Source: Vicinamibacteria bacterium (GTDB lineage Bacteria; Acidobacteriota; Vicinamibacteria; Marinacidobacterales; Marinacidobacteraceae). From it: a stretch of DNA of 64,000 nt. Position numbers and translations under genes: made by a program. The notes beneath the pieces were generated by a model. That model saw nothing but the letters and a program-made list of their open reading frames with translations. It ran no database searches and was not told where the DNA came from. The DNA lies in assembly GCA_963422395.1 (NCBI GenBank), contig OY729431.1, forward strand, positions 1,952,001-2,016,000. Direction: 5' to 3'. Positions 1 through 10,734 of this stretch are shown here, piece after piece (position 1 is the first letter of the stretch; each line of letters starts with the position of its first letter).

Positions 1-167
1 GCTCCGAGCACATGGAGCAGCGTGGTCTTCCCCGCCCCGCTGCGGCCGGTGATGGCGGTCATCTCCCCGCGCCTCACCGCGAGGTCGAGGTTGCGCAGCA
101 CCGGAATCCGCGCCGCGCCGGTGCCGAAGCTCTTGTCGAGCCCTCGGGCTTCGAGCCAGGGGTTCAC
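1..167 (-). CDS. lolD: Lipoprotein-releasing ABC transporter ATP-binding protein (5' part; runs off window)
   Basis: Manual translation MNPWLEARGLDKSFG...ITGRSGAGKTTLLHVLG contains a Walker A motif; GTGA overlap with the stop of the upstream lolC/E-type gene. Confidence 0.85.
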   Translation of the reverse strand, partial: MNPWLEARGLDKSFGTGAARIPVLRNLDLAVRRGEMTAITGRSGAGKTTLLHVLG

Positions 168-1444
168 TGGAAACGCAGCCCGTCGGTGACCACGAGCGAG
201 GCCGCCCGGCGCGCCGGATACACGGTGGCCAGAAAGCACACCACCGGCGCGAACAGACAGACGAGCGCCACATCGCCGGGCAGCAGGGTGAAGGGCACCG
301 CGGTGATCTGGTACACATCCTCGGGAATCCGGATGCGTCCGTCGAGGAGGCGGCAGGCGAGGATGCCGAGCGCGGCCCCGAGGCCGGTTCCGGCGACGCC
401 GATGACCGCTCCCTGTGCCATGAAGAGGGCCATCACGCTGCGCTTCGTCGCTCCCATCGAGCGGAGGATGGCGATGTCGCGCGTCTTTTCGGTGACGGTG
501 ACGATCTGACCGGCCACGATGTTGAGCGCCGCGACGCCGATGATGAAGCTGACGAAGAGCGCCGCCGCCAGCTTTTCCAGCCAAAAGGCCGAGAACAGCG
601 TCGTGTTCATCTCGATCCAGTGGATCGTCGAATACCCCGGGCCGAGGGCCTCCCGCACTTCGCGGGAGAGATCGCGGACCGCGAACATGTCGGCGACCCG
701 AGCCTCGACATGGCTCGCTTCGCCGATGAAGCCCATCAGCCGCTGCGCCTCGGCGAGCGGTATCAGCGCCCAGGCATTGTCGTAGTCGTAGAGGCCCAGC
801 CGAAACGATCCCGCGACCCGAAAGCGCCGGCTGGCCGGAATCGCACCGAGCGGGGTCAGCCGTCCTTCGGGGACCACCAGTCGCACCGGGTCGCCGACGC
901 TCACCCCGAGGGAAAGCGCGAGTTCCTCGCCGAGCAGCACCGGCGGCGGTTCTCCGGGGGTTTCGAGGCCGAGGTCGGCGAAGCGGCCGGCGGTCATCCG
1001 CGCGGCGAACTCGCTCACCGCCGGCTCGAGCGCCGGATCCACTCCTTTCAGGGTCACGAGGGCGGAACGGCGGCCGAGCGCCATCGCCTTCCCGTAAACG
1101 ACCGGAGCCGCGGCGACGACGCCCGGAACCGCCGCCACTCGCGAGGCCGCCTCGGGGTAATCGGTGAATCCTTCGACGGACAGGCTGAACACCGTCAGAT
1201 GCGACAGGGCCCCGAGGATCCGGGCGCGCAGCTCTCCCTGGAACCCGGTCATGATGGCGAGCGCAACCAGCAGGATCGCGACCCCGACCACTACCCCGAG
1301 CGCCGAGATCGCCGAGATCACCGAGATGAACATCCCCCGCTGCCGGAGCATCAGGTAGCGAGCCGCGATCTGGAGCTCGAAGGGAAGCGACCGGGCCAGG
1401 GCCGCCGTCACCCGCCGGTGGACCGACTTCGCGTCCGCGCTCAA
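164..1444 (-). CDS. lolE: Lipoprotein-releasing ABC transporter permease LolC/E
   Basis: ELQIAARYL...GVAILLVALAIMTGF N-terminal TM, MacB/FtsX-type periplasmic core, EKTRDIAILRSMGA motif. Confidence 0.9.
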   Translation of the reverse strand: MSADAKSVHRRVTAALARSLPFELQIAARYLMLRQRGMFISVISAISALGVVVGVAILLVALAIMTGFQGELRARILGALSHLTVFSLSVEGFTDYPEAASRVAAVPGVVAAAPVVYGKAMALGRRSALVTLKGVDPALEPAVSEFAARMTAGRFADLGLETPGEPPPVLLGEELALSLGVSVGDPVRLVVPEGRLTPLGAIPASRRFRVAGSFRLGLYDYDNAWALIPLAEAQRLMGFIGEASHVEARVADMFAVRDLSREVREALGPGYSTIHWIEMNTTLFSAFWLEKLAAALFVSFIIGVAALNIVAGQIVTVTEKTRDIAILRSMGATKRSVMALFMAQGAVIGVAGTGLGAALGILACRLLDGRIRIPEDVYQITAVPFTLLPGDVALVCLFAPVVCFLATVYPARRAASLVVTDGLRFQ

Positions 1445-2970
1445 CGGCCTTCCCGGGGCCTCAGATGGGGGAAGAGGATCACATCGCGGATCGCCGGCGA
1501 GTCGGTGAGGAGCATGGCGACCCGGTCCACGCCCACGCCCACCCCGCCGGTGGGGGGGAGGCCGTGGCGGAGCGCTTCGATGTAGTCCCAGTCCATCGCG
1601 TGGTCCTCGGCGTTCTGCCGGCGGGCCATCTGCTCCCCGAAGCGCGCCGCCTGCTCGTCAGGATCGTTCAGTTCGGAAAATCCGTTCGCGATCTCCAGGC
1701 CGCCGGCGAAGAGTTCGAATCGCTCGGTCCGCTCCGGATCGTCGGGACTCGCCTTCGACAGGGGCGAGACTTCCACCGGATAGCCGGTGACGAAAGTGGG
1801 CTGGATCAGACGGCGCTCGACGAGCGCCTCGAAGAGGCTCACCAACAACTTGCCGGCGCTCTCCTCGTCCGGCAGCGGCAACTCGAGGGTGCGGTGGGCC
1901 GAAGCGAGCGGGGCGGGGCGCCGCAGATCCTCCGCTTCGAGGGGCAGACCGTGCTCTCGAAGCGCTCGCCGGGTGGCCTCGGCGAGGGAGACCCGCCGGA
2001 AGGGCCCCTCGAAGCGGATCCGGTTCCCGGCGAAGACCGCCTCCGGCCCGCCGAGCGTCTCCGCCGCCGCCGCGATCAGGAGGCGTTCGGTGAAGTCCAT
2101 CATGTCCGCAGAGTCGCGGAACGCCTGGTAGAACTCGAGCATGGTGAACTCGGGGTTGTGCCGGGTCGAGAGGCCTTCGTTGCGGAAGTTCCGGTTGATC
2201 TCGTACACCCGGGGGAAGCCCCCCACCACCAGTCGCTTGAGGTAGAGCTCGGGGGCGACGCGGAGGAAGAGATCCACCCCGAGGGCCCGGTGGCGGGTCT
2301 GGAAGGGCCGCGCCGCCGCGCCGGTGGCCAGCGGCTGCAGCATCGGAGTTTCCACTTCGAGGAAGCCGGCGTCGTCCAGGAAGCGGCGCAGCGTGCTCAC
2401 CAGCACTGCCCGCCGGCGGAACACCTCGCGGGTCGCGGGATTGCCGAGCAGATCGAGGTAGCGCTGCCGGTAGCGGGTATCGCGGTCGGCGAGCCCGTGC
2501 CACTTCTCCGGCAGGGGGAGAAGGGCCTTCGCGAGAAAGGAGAGGGAATCGGCGCGCACCGTGAGCTCGCCGGTGCGGGTGCGGAACAGGGCCCCGGCGA
2601 CCCCCACCCAGTCGCCGAGATCCAACTGCCGGCTCACCGCGAAATCCCGCTCGGGGAGCACATCGCGGCGGAGGTGCGCCTGCAGCGCCCCGGCGCCTTC
2701 CGAGAGCCGGAGGAAAGCGGCTTTGCCGAAGGAACGGTGGGCGGTGATCCGCCCCGCGACGCTCACCCGCCGCTCCGCCTCGGGCATCGCTTCGAGTTCC
2801 GGACCGCCGCGGTCGCCGAACGCTGCCGCCGCCTGTTCGAGGGTGTGCGTCGCCGCGAAACGGCTGGGCCAGACGGGGACCCCGAGTCCGGCGATCTCCT
2901 CGAGCTTGCGCCGCCGCTCGCGCTCGCCGCGGCCCGAGGCGGACGACTCCGCGGTCGGTTCGCCGCTCAT
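1441..2970 (-). CDS. lysS: Lysine--tRNA ligase (class II)
   Basis: PLPEKWHGL, YRQRYLDL, FLEVETPM, FRNEG, HNPEFTMLEFY, GVGVDR motifs; start taken at MSGEPT (2970), overlapping the nusB stop. Confidence 0.97.
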   Translation of the reverse strand: MSGEPTAESSASGRGERERRRKLEEIAGLGVPVWPSRFAATHTLEQAAAAFGDRGGPELEAMPEAERRVSVAGRITAHRSFGKAAFLRLSEGAGALQAHLRRDVLPERDFAVSRQLDLGDWVGVAGALFRTRTGELTVRADSLSFLAKALLPLPEKWHGLADRDTRYRQRYLDLLGNPATREVFRRRAVLVSTLRRFLDDAGFLEVETPMLQPLATGAAARPFQTRHRALGVDLFLRVAPELYLKRLVVGGFPRVYEINRNFRNEGLSTRHNPEFTMLEFYQAFRDSADMMDFTERLLIAAAAETLGGPEAVFAGNRIRFEGPFRRVSLAEATRRALREHGLPLEAEDLRRPAPLASAHRTLELPLPDEESAGKLLVSLFEALVERRLIQPTFVTGYPVEVSPLSKASPDDPERTERFELFAGGLEIANGFSELNDPDEQAARFGEQMARRQNAEDHAMDWDYIEALRHGLPPTGGVGVGVDRVAMLLTDSPAIRDVILFPHLRPREGR

Positions 2971-3512
2971 GCTCCCTCTTCCCGAGGCGGAGAGCCCGAA
3001 ATCGGAGAATCGGGGGCCGGCGGGCTCGGCTCCGATGAACTCGGCTCCGGAGAGCTCGGCTCCGATGAACTCGGCTCGCCGGGCTCGACGACGACCAAGC
3101 CGCGGCTCTTCATCACCCCGTCGAGCACCGCGTGGACGAAGGGCGCCGCCGCCTCCCCCGCATAGCGGCGGGCCACCTCGATCGCCTCGGTCAGCACCAC
3201 CCGGGGAGGGGCGGTCTCGATCAGCAGCTCGGCCACTGCCACCCGAAGCACGCTCCGCTCCACCCGGCCCATGCTCTCGCGCCATTGGGGGCGGATGGTC
3301 TCGGCGAGGCAGCGGTCGATCTCCTCGATTCGTTCCCAAACCGCGCGCGCCAGCCGCTCGGCGAAAGCGAGGTGCGCAGCGCTCGCGCGGGTGAGATCGC
3401 CCACGGCGGAGATCGTGCTCGGAGGCGGACCGGGGTTCGCGTCCCAAGAGGAGAGCATCTGGGCAGCGAGTTCCCGGCCGCGGCGGCGTTTGCGGGCGGT
3501 TCGCGGGTCCAT
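2967..3512 (-). CDS. nusB: Transcription antitermination factor NusB
   Basis: RRRGRELAAQML, VERSVLRVAVAEL, EAIEVARRY, FVHAVLD; typical position next to ribH. Confidence 0.9.
   Translation of the reverse strand: MDPRTARKRRRGRELAAQMLSSWDANPGPPPSTISAVGDLTRASAAHLAFAERLARAVWERIEEIDRCLAETIRPQWRESMGRVERSVLRVAVAELLIETAPPRVVLTEAIEVARRYAGEAAAPFVHAVLDGVMKSRGLVVVEPGEPSSSEPSSPEPSSSEPSPPAPDSPISGSPPREEGA
3025..3077. repeat. 15-bp tandem repeat (about 3.5 copies) encoding the EPSSS/EPSSP tail of NusB
   Basis: ctcggctccgatgaa ctcggctccggagag ctcggctccgatgaa ctcggctc. Confidence 0.9.
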
Positions 3513-3532
3513 CAGCAGGTTCCGGCGGCGGA

Positions 3533-4066
3533 TCAGCGCGGCAGCGGCCTGAATTCGAGCCGGGATTCGGGCACCGGGCCGAGGTCGAGAGCTCGCCGCT
3601 CCTCCATTCGTTCGCGCGCTCGGAGCAGGCCGGCCACCGCGTGCGCCGCCTCCTCCCCGCGGTTCCCCTTTCCTCCGCCGGAACGGGCCTCCGCCTGCGG
3701 CAGCGTTTCGACGGTGAGCACCGCGTTCCCCACCGGGACACCGGTCCGGACGCCGATCTCCAGGAGAGTTCCGGTCACCGCCGCGCCCAGCACCCGGTCG
3801 TGCGAGGTCTCCCCGCGAACGATGGCGGCGCAGGCGACCACCGCATCCACCAGGCGGCGCTCGGCGAGCCAGCCGCTCAACTGTGCCACCTCGAAAGCCG
3901 CCGGCGCCGGATGCAGCGACACCCGAGCGCCGCGTTCGGCGAGCCAGCGTTCCGCGGCGGACGCCAGCCGGGCGGAAGGAGCGTCGCGCTCCGAGAAGAC
4001 GACCCCGACCCGATAGCCGGCGAGCCGGTCCCCGGTCGGATCGAGCTCGCCGCCGTCAGACCCCAC
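3533..4066 (-). CDS. ribH: 6,7-dimethyl-8-ribityllumazine synthase (divergent)
   Basis: AAFEV, IVRGETSHD, GVPVGNAVLT, QAEARSGG..GNRGEEAA motifs; ribH-nusB synteny. Confidence 0.85.
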   Translation of the reverse strand: MGSDGGELDPTGDRLAGYRVGVVFSERDAPSARLASAAERWLAERGARVSLHPAPAAFEVAQLSGWLAERRLVDAVVACAAIVRGETSHDRVLGAAVTGTLLEIGVRTGVPVGNAVLTVETLPQAEARSGGGKGNRGEEAAHAVAGLLRARERMEERRALDLGPVPESRLEFRPLPR

Positions 4067-4879
4067 GGAACCGCGGCGGGCGCTTTTCGAGAAAGGCGCC
4101 CAGCCCCTCGCGCAGGTCTTCGCTCCGAGCCAGCGAAGCGAAGAGCGCCGCCTCGAGCGCGAGTCCGTTTTCGAGCCCGCCGCCCCCGGCTTCCACCGCG
4201 AGCAGGGCGTTTCGCACCGCGAGCGGTCCGTTCTGGAGCACCCGGTCGAGCAGCGCCGCCGCGCCGCCGATCGGGTCTTCGTCCACCGAGTCCACGAGAC
4301 CGGCGGCGAGCGCCTCGCCGCTCCCCACCGGTTCGCCGGTGAGGATCATGCGCAGCGCCCGGCCGCGGCCGATGAGACGGGGGAGGCGCTGGGTGCCGCC
4401 GTATCCCGGGATGGCCCCCAGACGGACTTCGGGGAGCCCGAGCTTCGCAGCGGGCGCTGCTACTCGAAGATGGCAGGCGAGCGCCAGTTCCAGGCCGCCG
4501 CCGAGCGCGTAGCCGCCGATCGCGGCGACCACCGGCTTCCGGGTGCGCTCGATGCCCGAAAGGATCTCCTGCCCGCGGCGGGAGAGCGCGAAGGCGGCTT
4601 CCGAGGTGAGGCCCGAGAGCTCGGAGATATCGGCACCGGCGACGAACGCCCGCGAGCCGGCGCCGGTGAGCACGATGCCGCGGACCTCCGGATCGCCGCC
4701 CTGCTCGGCGAAGGCGGATTCGAGACGGGCCAGCGTCTCGCGGTTCAGGGCGTTGAGCGCCTTCGGGCGGTCCACGGTGATGAGCGAGAAGGGATGGCCG
4801 GCGCGGGTCTCCCGGCGCTCGACCCGGACGCTCCCGGAATCTTTCCCGGGTGCACCCCCGGGCACTCCTCGGGGGGCGC

Positions 4880-4883
<4 letters not shown>
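4056..4883 (-). CDS. Enoyl-CoA hydratase/crotonase
   Basis: RPKALNAL, AFVAGADI, GYALGGGLELALACH, GLPEV..PGYGGTQRLPRLIG; start at MSAPRG. Confidence 0.92.
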
Positions 4884-6127
<1,244 letters not shown>

Positions 6128-6169
6128 GGCGCGCGAAAGGGTATCGCGGGGAGGACGAGCGAGCGGGCC

Positions 6170-6256
6170 CTACCGGGTTCCGAGCCCTTCGAGCCGAGCG
6201 ACCCACCGACCGAACAACGGACAGGCCGCTCTCATCCTGGAGATTCCGATTTCGCG
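6170..6256 (-). pseudogene. Orphan 3' end (28 codons plus stop) of a DUF4276 gene; diverged direct repeat of 10735-10821
   Basis: Encodes REIGISRMRAACPLFGRWVARLEGLGTR* versus REIGIPRMKAACPLFGRWVARLEELGTR*; 11 mismatches in 87 bp by manual alignment. Confidence 0.9.
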
Positions 6257-6262
6257 AGGCTG

Positions 6263-6750
6263 TCAGAGGTCCGGTTCGAGGGGGTCCGGTAACCCCTCCA
6301 CGATGCGGACGGTCTCGACGCTCAGGTACACGATGCGCCGGATGGCGGCGATCAGCTCGCGCGGGTCGTCGAACCAGGCGTTCGGGTCGTTCACGATGCC
6401 GCTGTGCTTGTGGTGTGAGAACCAAGACCCCGACGGGGGTCCGGATAGTCGAAGCCGACCTTCCAGCCCCACAGCTGCACCCCGCAGTGGCGCAGCTTGA
6501 CCCCCGTCGCGATGATGATCTCGTCGCGGGCGGGCCGCATGTCCTCGACCGCCTTCCGTGGCAGGATCGTGCCGCGCTCCCTGCGCCGGCCCTTCGGCTT
6601 CGTCCCGCCGGCCTGGACGGGGATGATCTCGCCGTTGGCGAGCGAGCGGAAGGTTGACGACGTAGCGGTCGTCTTCGAGACCGCCGACGACGAAATGGGT
6701 GAGAAAGTGCGCGTGTCGCCGCGCGGTGCGAGTGCCGTCTGCATGGTGCC
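6263..6750 (-). pseudogene. Fragment of a type ISP-like restriction-modification enzyme C-terminus
   Basis: SGIVNDPNAWFDDPRELIAAIRRIVYLSVETVRIVEGLP resembles the conserved C-terminus of type ISP enzymes; no intact upstream frame. Confidence 0.65.
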
Positions 6751-7093
6751 GCCTCCTTGGAAGGGCGAGAGGGAACGGCGACAGCGGCCTCTCTCCGGAC
6801 CGTCTGCCTCCGCTCCCGCTTCCGGCCGAACCTCTCCTCCCGGCGGCGCGGGAGCTTCCGGGGAGCAGGCAGGACAGCGGTCGTATTGACGCCTATACGG
6901 ACAAGGGAGCTAGAACGCGATCCAGCCGTTGTTGCCTCCCGCGCTTGTGCTTCGCCTCGCCGGAAACGTTCACGGCGCCACACGCCGCTTGGCGGTCGTA
7001 ATCGGCGCCGCTGCGGGCGAGTTGCCCGCAGTGTCTTGACTGCACCGCAATCGTTGCGTAGATTGGGCTCCCGGAAGAACGGAGGACGTGACC

Positions 7094-7336
7094 ATGGCGA
7101 GTATCACGATCCGCAACCTCGACGACGACGTGAAGACGCGCTTGCGCGTGCGCGCCGCCGAACACCACCGCTCCATGGAGGAGGAGGCGCGGCTGATCCT
7201 GCGCGAGGCAGTGGGGGGCAAGGCGGACTCGCGGAACCTCGCGAGTATCGTGCGTTCGCATTTCGGGCCGGACAACGGCGTGGACCTGGAGTTGCCGCCT
7301 CGCGAGGCTGGGCGCGAGCCGCCGTCTTTCGATTGA
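7094..7336 (+). CDS. FitA-like ribbon-helix-helix antitoxin
   Basis: MASITIRNLDDDVKTRLRVRAAEHHRSMEEEARLIL; GGAGG RBS; directly upstream of a PIN toxin. Confidence 0.9.
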   Translation: MASITIRNLDDDVKTRLRVRAAEHHRSMEEEARLILREAVGGKADSRNLASIVRSHFGPDNGVDLELPPREAGREPPSFD

Positions 7337-7345
7337 GATACGGCC

Positions 7346-7771
7346 ATGGCCGTGCTGTTAGACACCAATGTGGTGTCCGAACTGATCCGCAAGGCGCCCG
7401 ATCCGGCCGTCGAGACGTGGGCCGCTGGCCACGCCCTGGAAGACCTGTTCTTCTCGGCGGTGGGCGAAGCGGAGCTGCGCTACGGCGCCGCCATTCTGCC
7501 GGCAGGCCGGCGGCGGGAATCGCTGGTCTCGGATATCCAGCGCATGCTGAGCGACGCCTTCGATGGCCGCGTGCTGCCGTTCGACAGCAGGGCGGCCCGC
7601 GCCTATGCGGATATCGCGGCCATGCGCCGTTCAGCCGGCCGCACGGTCCCGCCGGCGGACTGCCAGATCGCAGCGATCGCCCGTTCCCGCGGCATGGCGG
7701 TGGCCACGCGCAACGTTCGCGACTTCGAAGACATCGAGATCGAGGTCGTCGATCCGTGGACGGCGGCGTGA
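7346..7771 (+). CDS. vapC: PIN-domain toxin (FitB/VapC family)
   Basis: LLDTNVVSE, EAELRYG, DCQIAAIA, ATRNVRDF. Confidence 0.93.
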   Translation: MAVLLDTNVVSELIRKAPDPAVETWAAGHALEDLFFSAVGEAELRYGAAILPAGRRRESLVSDIQRMLSDAFDGRVLPFDSRAARAYADIAAMRRSAGRTVPPADCQIAAIARSRGMAVATRNVRDFEDIEIEVVDPWTAA

Positions 7772-8270
7772 GTGGTACAACCGAGGCCTTCGCGCGGGTC
7801 AGGATCGACGCCCTTCTTCGGGATGCGGGCTGGGACCTGACCGGCGGCGCGAGCATGCTGTTCGAACACGCGCTGCCCGACGGCACACAGGCCGACTACG
7901 CGCTCTGCGACCGGCAGGGCCGGCCGATGGCGGCGCTGGAGGCCAAGCGCGAGCACCGATCCCATCGCGGCGCAGGATCAGGGACGACACTACGCTGAAC
8001 AGCTCGGCATGCCATTCGTCGTTCCTGTCGAACGGCGAGGAAGTGCGGTTTCTGGATCGCGAGACCGACGCCCACGCCCGCCGGATTGCGGGCTTCTATG
8101 CCCAGGACGACCTCGAACGGCGGATCGCCGCACGCCGGAACCGGCGCGATCTGTCGACGGCGCCATCGACAGCAGGATCGTCGACCGCGACTACCAGATG
8201 GAGTGCATCGAGGCGCTGTCGGCCGAGGTCTCACGCGGGCGGCGCAAGCCGCTGGTGGAGATGGAGAGGC
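7768..8270 (+). pseudogene. Frameshifted and truncated N-terminus of a type I restriction enzyme R subunit
   Basis: TEAFARVRIDALLRDAGW...ADYALCD...ALEAKR, then FLSNGEEVRFLDRE and IVDRDYQMECIEAL...LVEM spread over three frames; stops before the helicase Walker A. Confidence 0.75.
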
Positions 8271-8692
8271 GGAAGCTATTCTCGCCACACTCGAGAAGCG
8301 GGCAGCCGACGAGGCTGACCGATTCATCACCGGTATCGAACATGCAGTCTTCCCGTCGAAAGCGCCGAATGGGTGGAAACGATCCGTCAAACACCCGTGG
8401 AAAGGCCACCCTACCGCAAGATCGTGGAGACGATCGAAGCGCTACAAAGAAGTTCAAGAAATCATCCGTAAATTACTCTTACTCTGCACTTCGTGTTGAG
8501 CTTTCGCACATGACACCGCCTGTTGAATATGAAACAGATGAAGCTCTCTTCGAGTTGTGTAGAGGAATGGCACAAATGGCGCCGGGCGCCATGTTCGCGC
8601 GTCCTGATACGGTTGATCTCGACCAGAGCACTGAGAACGTAGTCGCCGCCATCGAAGCGGCCATGCAACACTATCCGCCGGACGAACGGTGA
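8270..8692 (+). pseudogene. Lower-GC fragment of an unidentified gene
   Basis: Protein-like stretches in two frames, ending ...ENVVAAIEAAMQHYPPDER*; no credible start; composition shift. Confidence 0.3.
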
Positions 8693-8764
8693 GGTGTGAG
8701 CGGCATTCGATGAACCGATCGCATGAGAGGAGTATCTACGAAATCCTGGACGGGACTCTGTTCA

Positions 8765-9978
8765 GGAAGGTCTGATCAAGATGATTTTTTAGTCGGATTC
8801 TCGATATCGGATGGAGCTCGGCTTCTACGATTCGTGAGGAAACCTCGAGTGCCGACCTTCATCGGCAGTATTCCCCCGCGCCGGGCAAGAGAGTCAGGCT
8901 CCGGGCAGCCCCCTCGGCTCTCTCCCCGAGTCTTCTCAGCAGGCGCAGCGCTCTTGCGCCCGTATCACCACTCTCCTGGCTTGGAACAGGTTCACCAGCG
9001 CGCAAGTCGCCACCACCCGATGCCAGTTCTTCTCGATGCCTCGGTACCGCACCTCCCGAAACCCGAACACCCGCTTCATCACCTGAAACGGATGCTCCAC
9101 CCGAGCCCGAACCCGCGCCTTCCTGACGTTCGCCGCCCGCTGCTGCTCGGTGAGAGGCTGATTCCGAAACGCCTTCCGCTGTGTGAAGTCCTGTGCCCGC
9201 GGCGCTACTTCTCGAATCACCTTCCGTTGCCCGCAATACGCCTTGTCCCCCCACACCCGCGTCTCCCCTCCGTGGAGCAGCTCCGCCAACACCTGCGAGT
9301 CGTGCACATTCGCCGCCGTCGCCACCACCGAATGGATCTGCTTCGTCTGCGAGTCCATCCCGATGTGCGCCTTCATCCCGAAATACCACTGCTGCCCCTT
9401 CCGTGTCGAGCCCATCTCCGGATCCCGCGCCTTCGCCCGGTTCTTCCTCGAACTCGGCGCCGTCAGGATCGTCGCGTCCACGATCGTCCCGTTCCGCACC
9501 CGCACCCCGTGCTCCGCCAGATACTCCTGGACCTGCTCGAACATCCCCTCCGTCAGGTCGTGACGCTCCAGCAGATGCCGGAACTTGCACACCGTCGTCT
9601 CATCCGGCGCCCTCTCCCGCCCCAGGTCGATCCCCACGAAGCGCCGCATCGAATCCGACTCGTAGAGCGCCTCCTCCACCCCGGGGTCCGACAGGTCGAA
9701 CCACTGCTGCAAGAAGTAGATCCGCAGCATCCGATCCAGCTCCACCGGCGGTCGCCCACGCCCCCGCTTCGGATACACCGGCGCGATCGCCGCGCACAAC
9801 GCATCCCACGGCACCACCCGGTCCATCTCTTCCAAAAACCGACGACGCCTCGTCTTCTTCCGAAACCTGTCGAATCCCGCTTCCGCAAAGCTCTTCTGAC
9901 GCATATCAACCCCCACCGCCATTCCTCAGACGATACAAATCAGAATACCCCAAACGAAATCAATAAATCAGAGGGTCC
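8765..9978 (-). mobile_element. IS5-family insertion sequence
   Basis: Imperfect terminal IRs GGAAGGTCTGATCAAG (8765) and GGACCCTCTGATTTAT (reverse complement, ending 9978) around a transposase; no target duplication visible. Confidence 0.8.
8936..9904 (-). CDS. IS5 family DDE transposase
   Basis: GRPP..LDRMLRIYFLQQWFDLSDP, PDETT..FRHLLE, IVDAT, WYFGMKAHIG, WGDKAY, RARVEHPF. Confidence 0.95.
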   Translation of the reverse strand: MRQKSFAEAGFDRFRKKTRRRRFLEEMDRVVPWDALCAAIAPVYPKRGRGRPPVELDRMLRIYFLQQWFDLSDPGVEEALYESDSMRRFVGIDLGRERAPDETTVCKFRHLLERHDLTEGMFEQVQEYLAEHGVRVRNGTIVDATILTAPSSRKNRAKARDPEMGSTRKGQQWYFGMKAHIGMDSQTKQIHSVVATAANVHDSQVLAELLHGGETRVWGDKAYCGQRKVIREVAPRAQDFTQRKAFRNQPLTEQQRAANVRKARVRARVEHPFQVMKRVFGFREVRYRGIEKNWHRVVATCALVNLFQARRVVIRAQERCAC

Positions 9979-10616
9979 AAGGTACTGGTTCGATGAGTAC
10001 GCGCTACGACAACTTAGCTCGCTCGCCACAGCAATTGAGCGGACTCGAGACGACGCAATCCGTGAAGCGTTGTGGTGCGTTTTCTCGCGTCTCATCATTG
10101 CCAATCAGTCCGGCGCATCGCTGGCGATGGACCTGTCGCATAGCCGACGCATCGGAAGTTCAAACTCGCGCCCGCAAAGCCGTTCCGCAAGTTCCTCTCC
10201 GCCGTGGAACGCGTCACCGCAAACTGCATTGACAGCAGGAATCGGAGCGGCGGGCCGACGACATTCCTGTCCGAACTGAAGCTGCAGCCGAAGCTACCGG
10301 CGAGACAGGAGGCCATGCTTGCTCGGTACATCGACGACATGCAGCGCGCTGTCGGCGAGACCTCCCGAGTCCTCGCGGAGGATGGGAGGGCAGTGAACAT
10401 GGTTGGCGAAAATAGCATACGCGGTACGTTCATCCGCAATGCAACGATCATCGAGGCGGTGCTGGCACTGCGAGGCTCCGCTGCATTGCGCGCCGTTCTC
10501 GAGAGCTGCCGGCGAACCGCCGATATCTGCCTCCTCCGTCGAAACAATCGGAAACAGCAACGCTAGGCAATCGCCTCCGGCGCGAGGTGATACTCACGTT
10601 TGGGAAGGCAGCGTAG
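9979..10616 (+). pseudogene. Decayed site-specific DNA methyltransferase fragment, truncated by IS5
   Basis: YWFD..ALRQL..LW..FSRLII..SLAMDLSHSR, RYIDDM..ETSRVL..GRAV..VGENSIRG and RRYLPPP..RLRREVILTF in different frames; catalytic motif region absent. Confidence 0.55.
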
Positions 10617-10734
10617 CCGTCGAAGTCCAGAATGTCCGGCGCTGCTCGATTCGACGCATTCCCATAGCCATACCCGCATACTGTGAAATCACCCACCGAC
10701 ATCAATCGTCCCATGAGGCTTTATCCACAGACTG

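Noticed and set aside
1441-3741. 766-aa extended LysS
   Set aside because: The N-terminal part overlaps nusB and ribH in another frame; an RBS-like GAGGGAG precedes ATG 2970.
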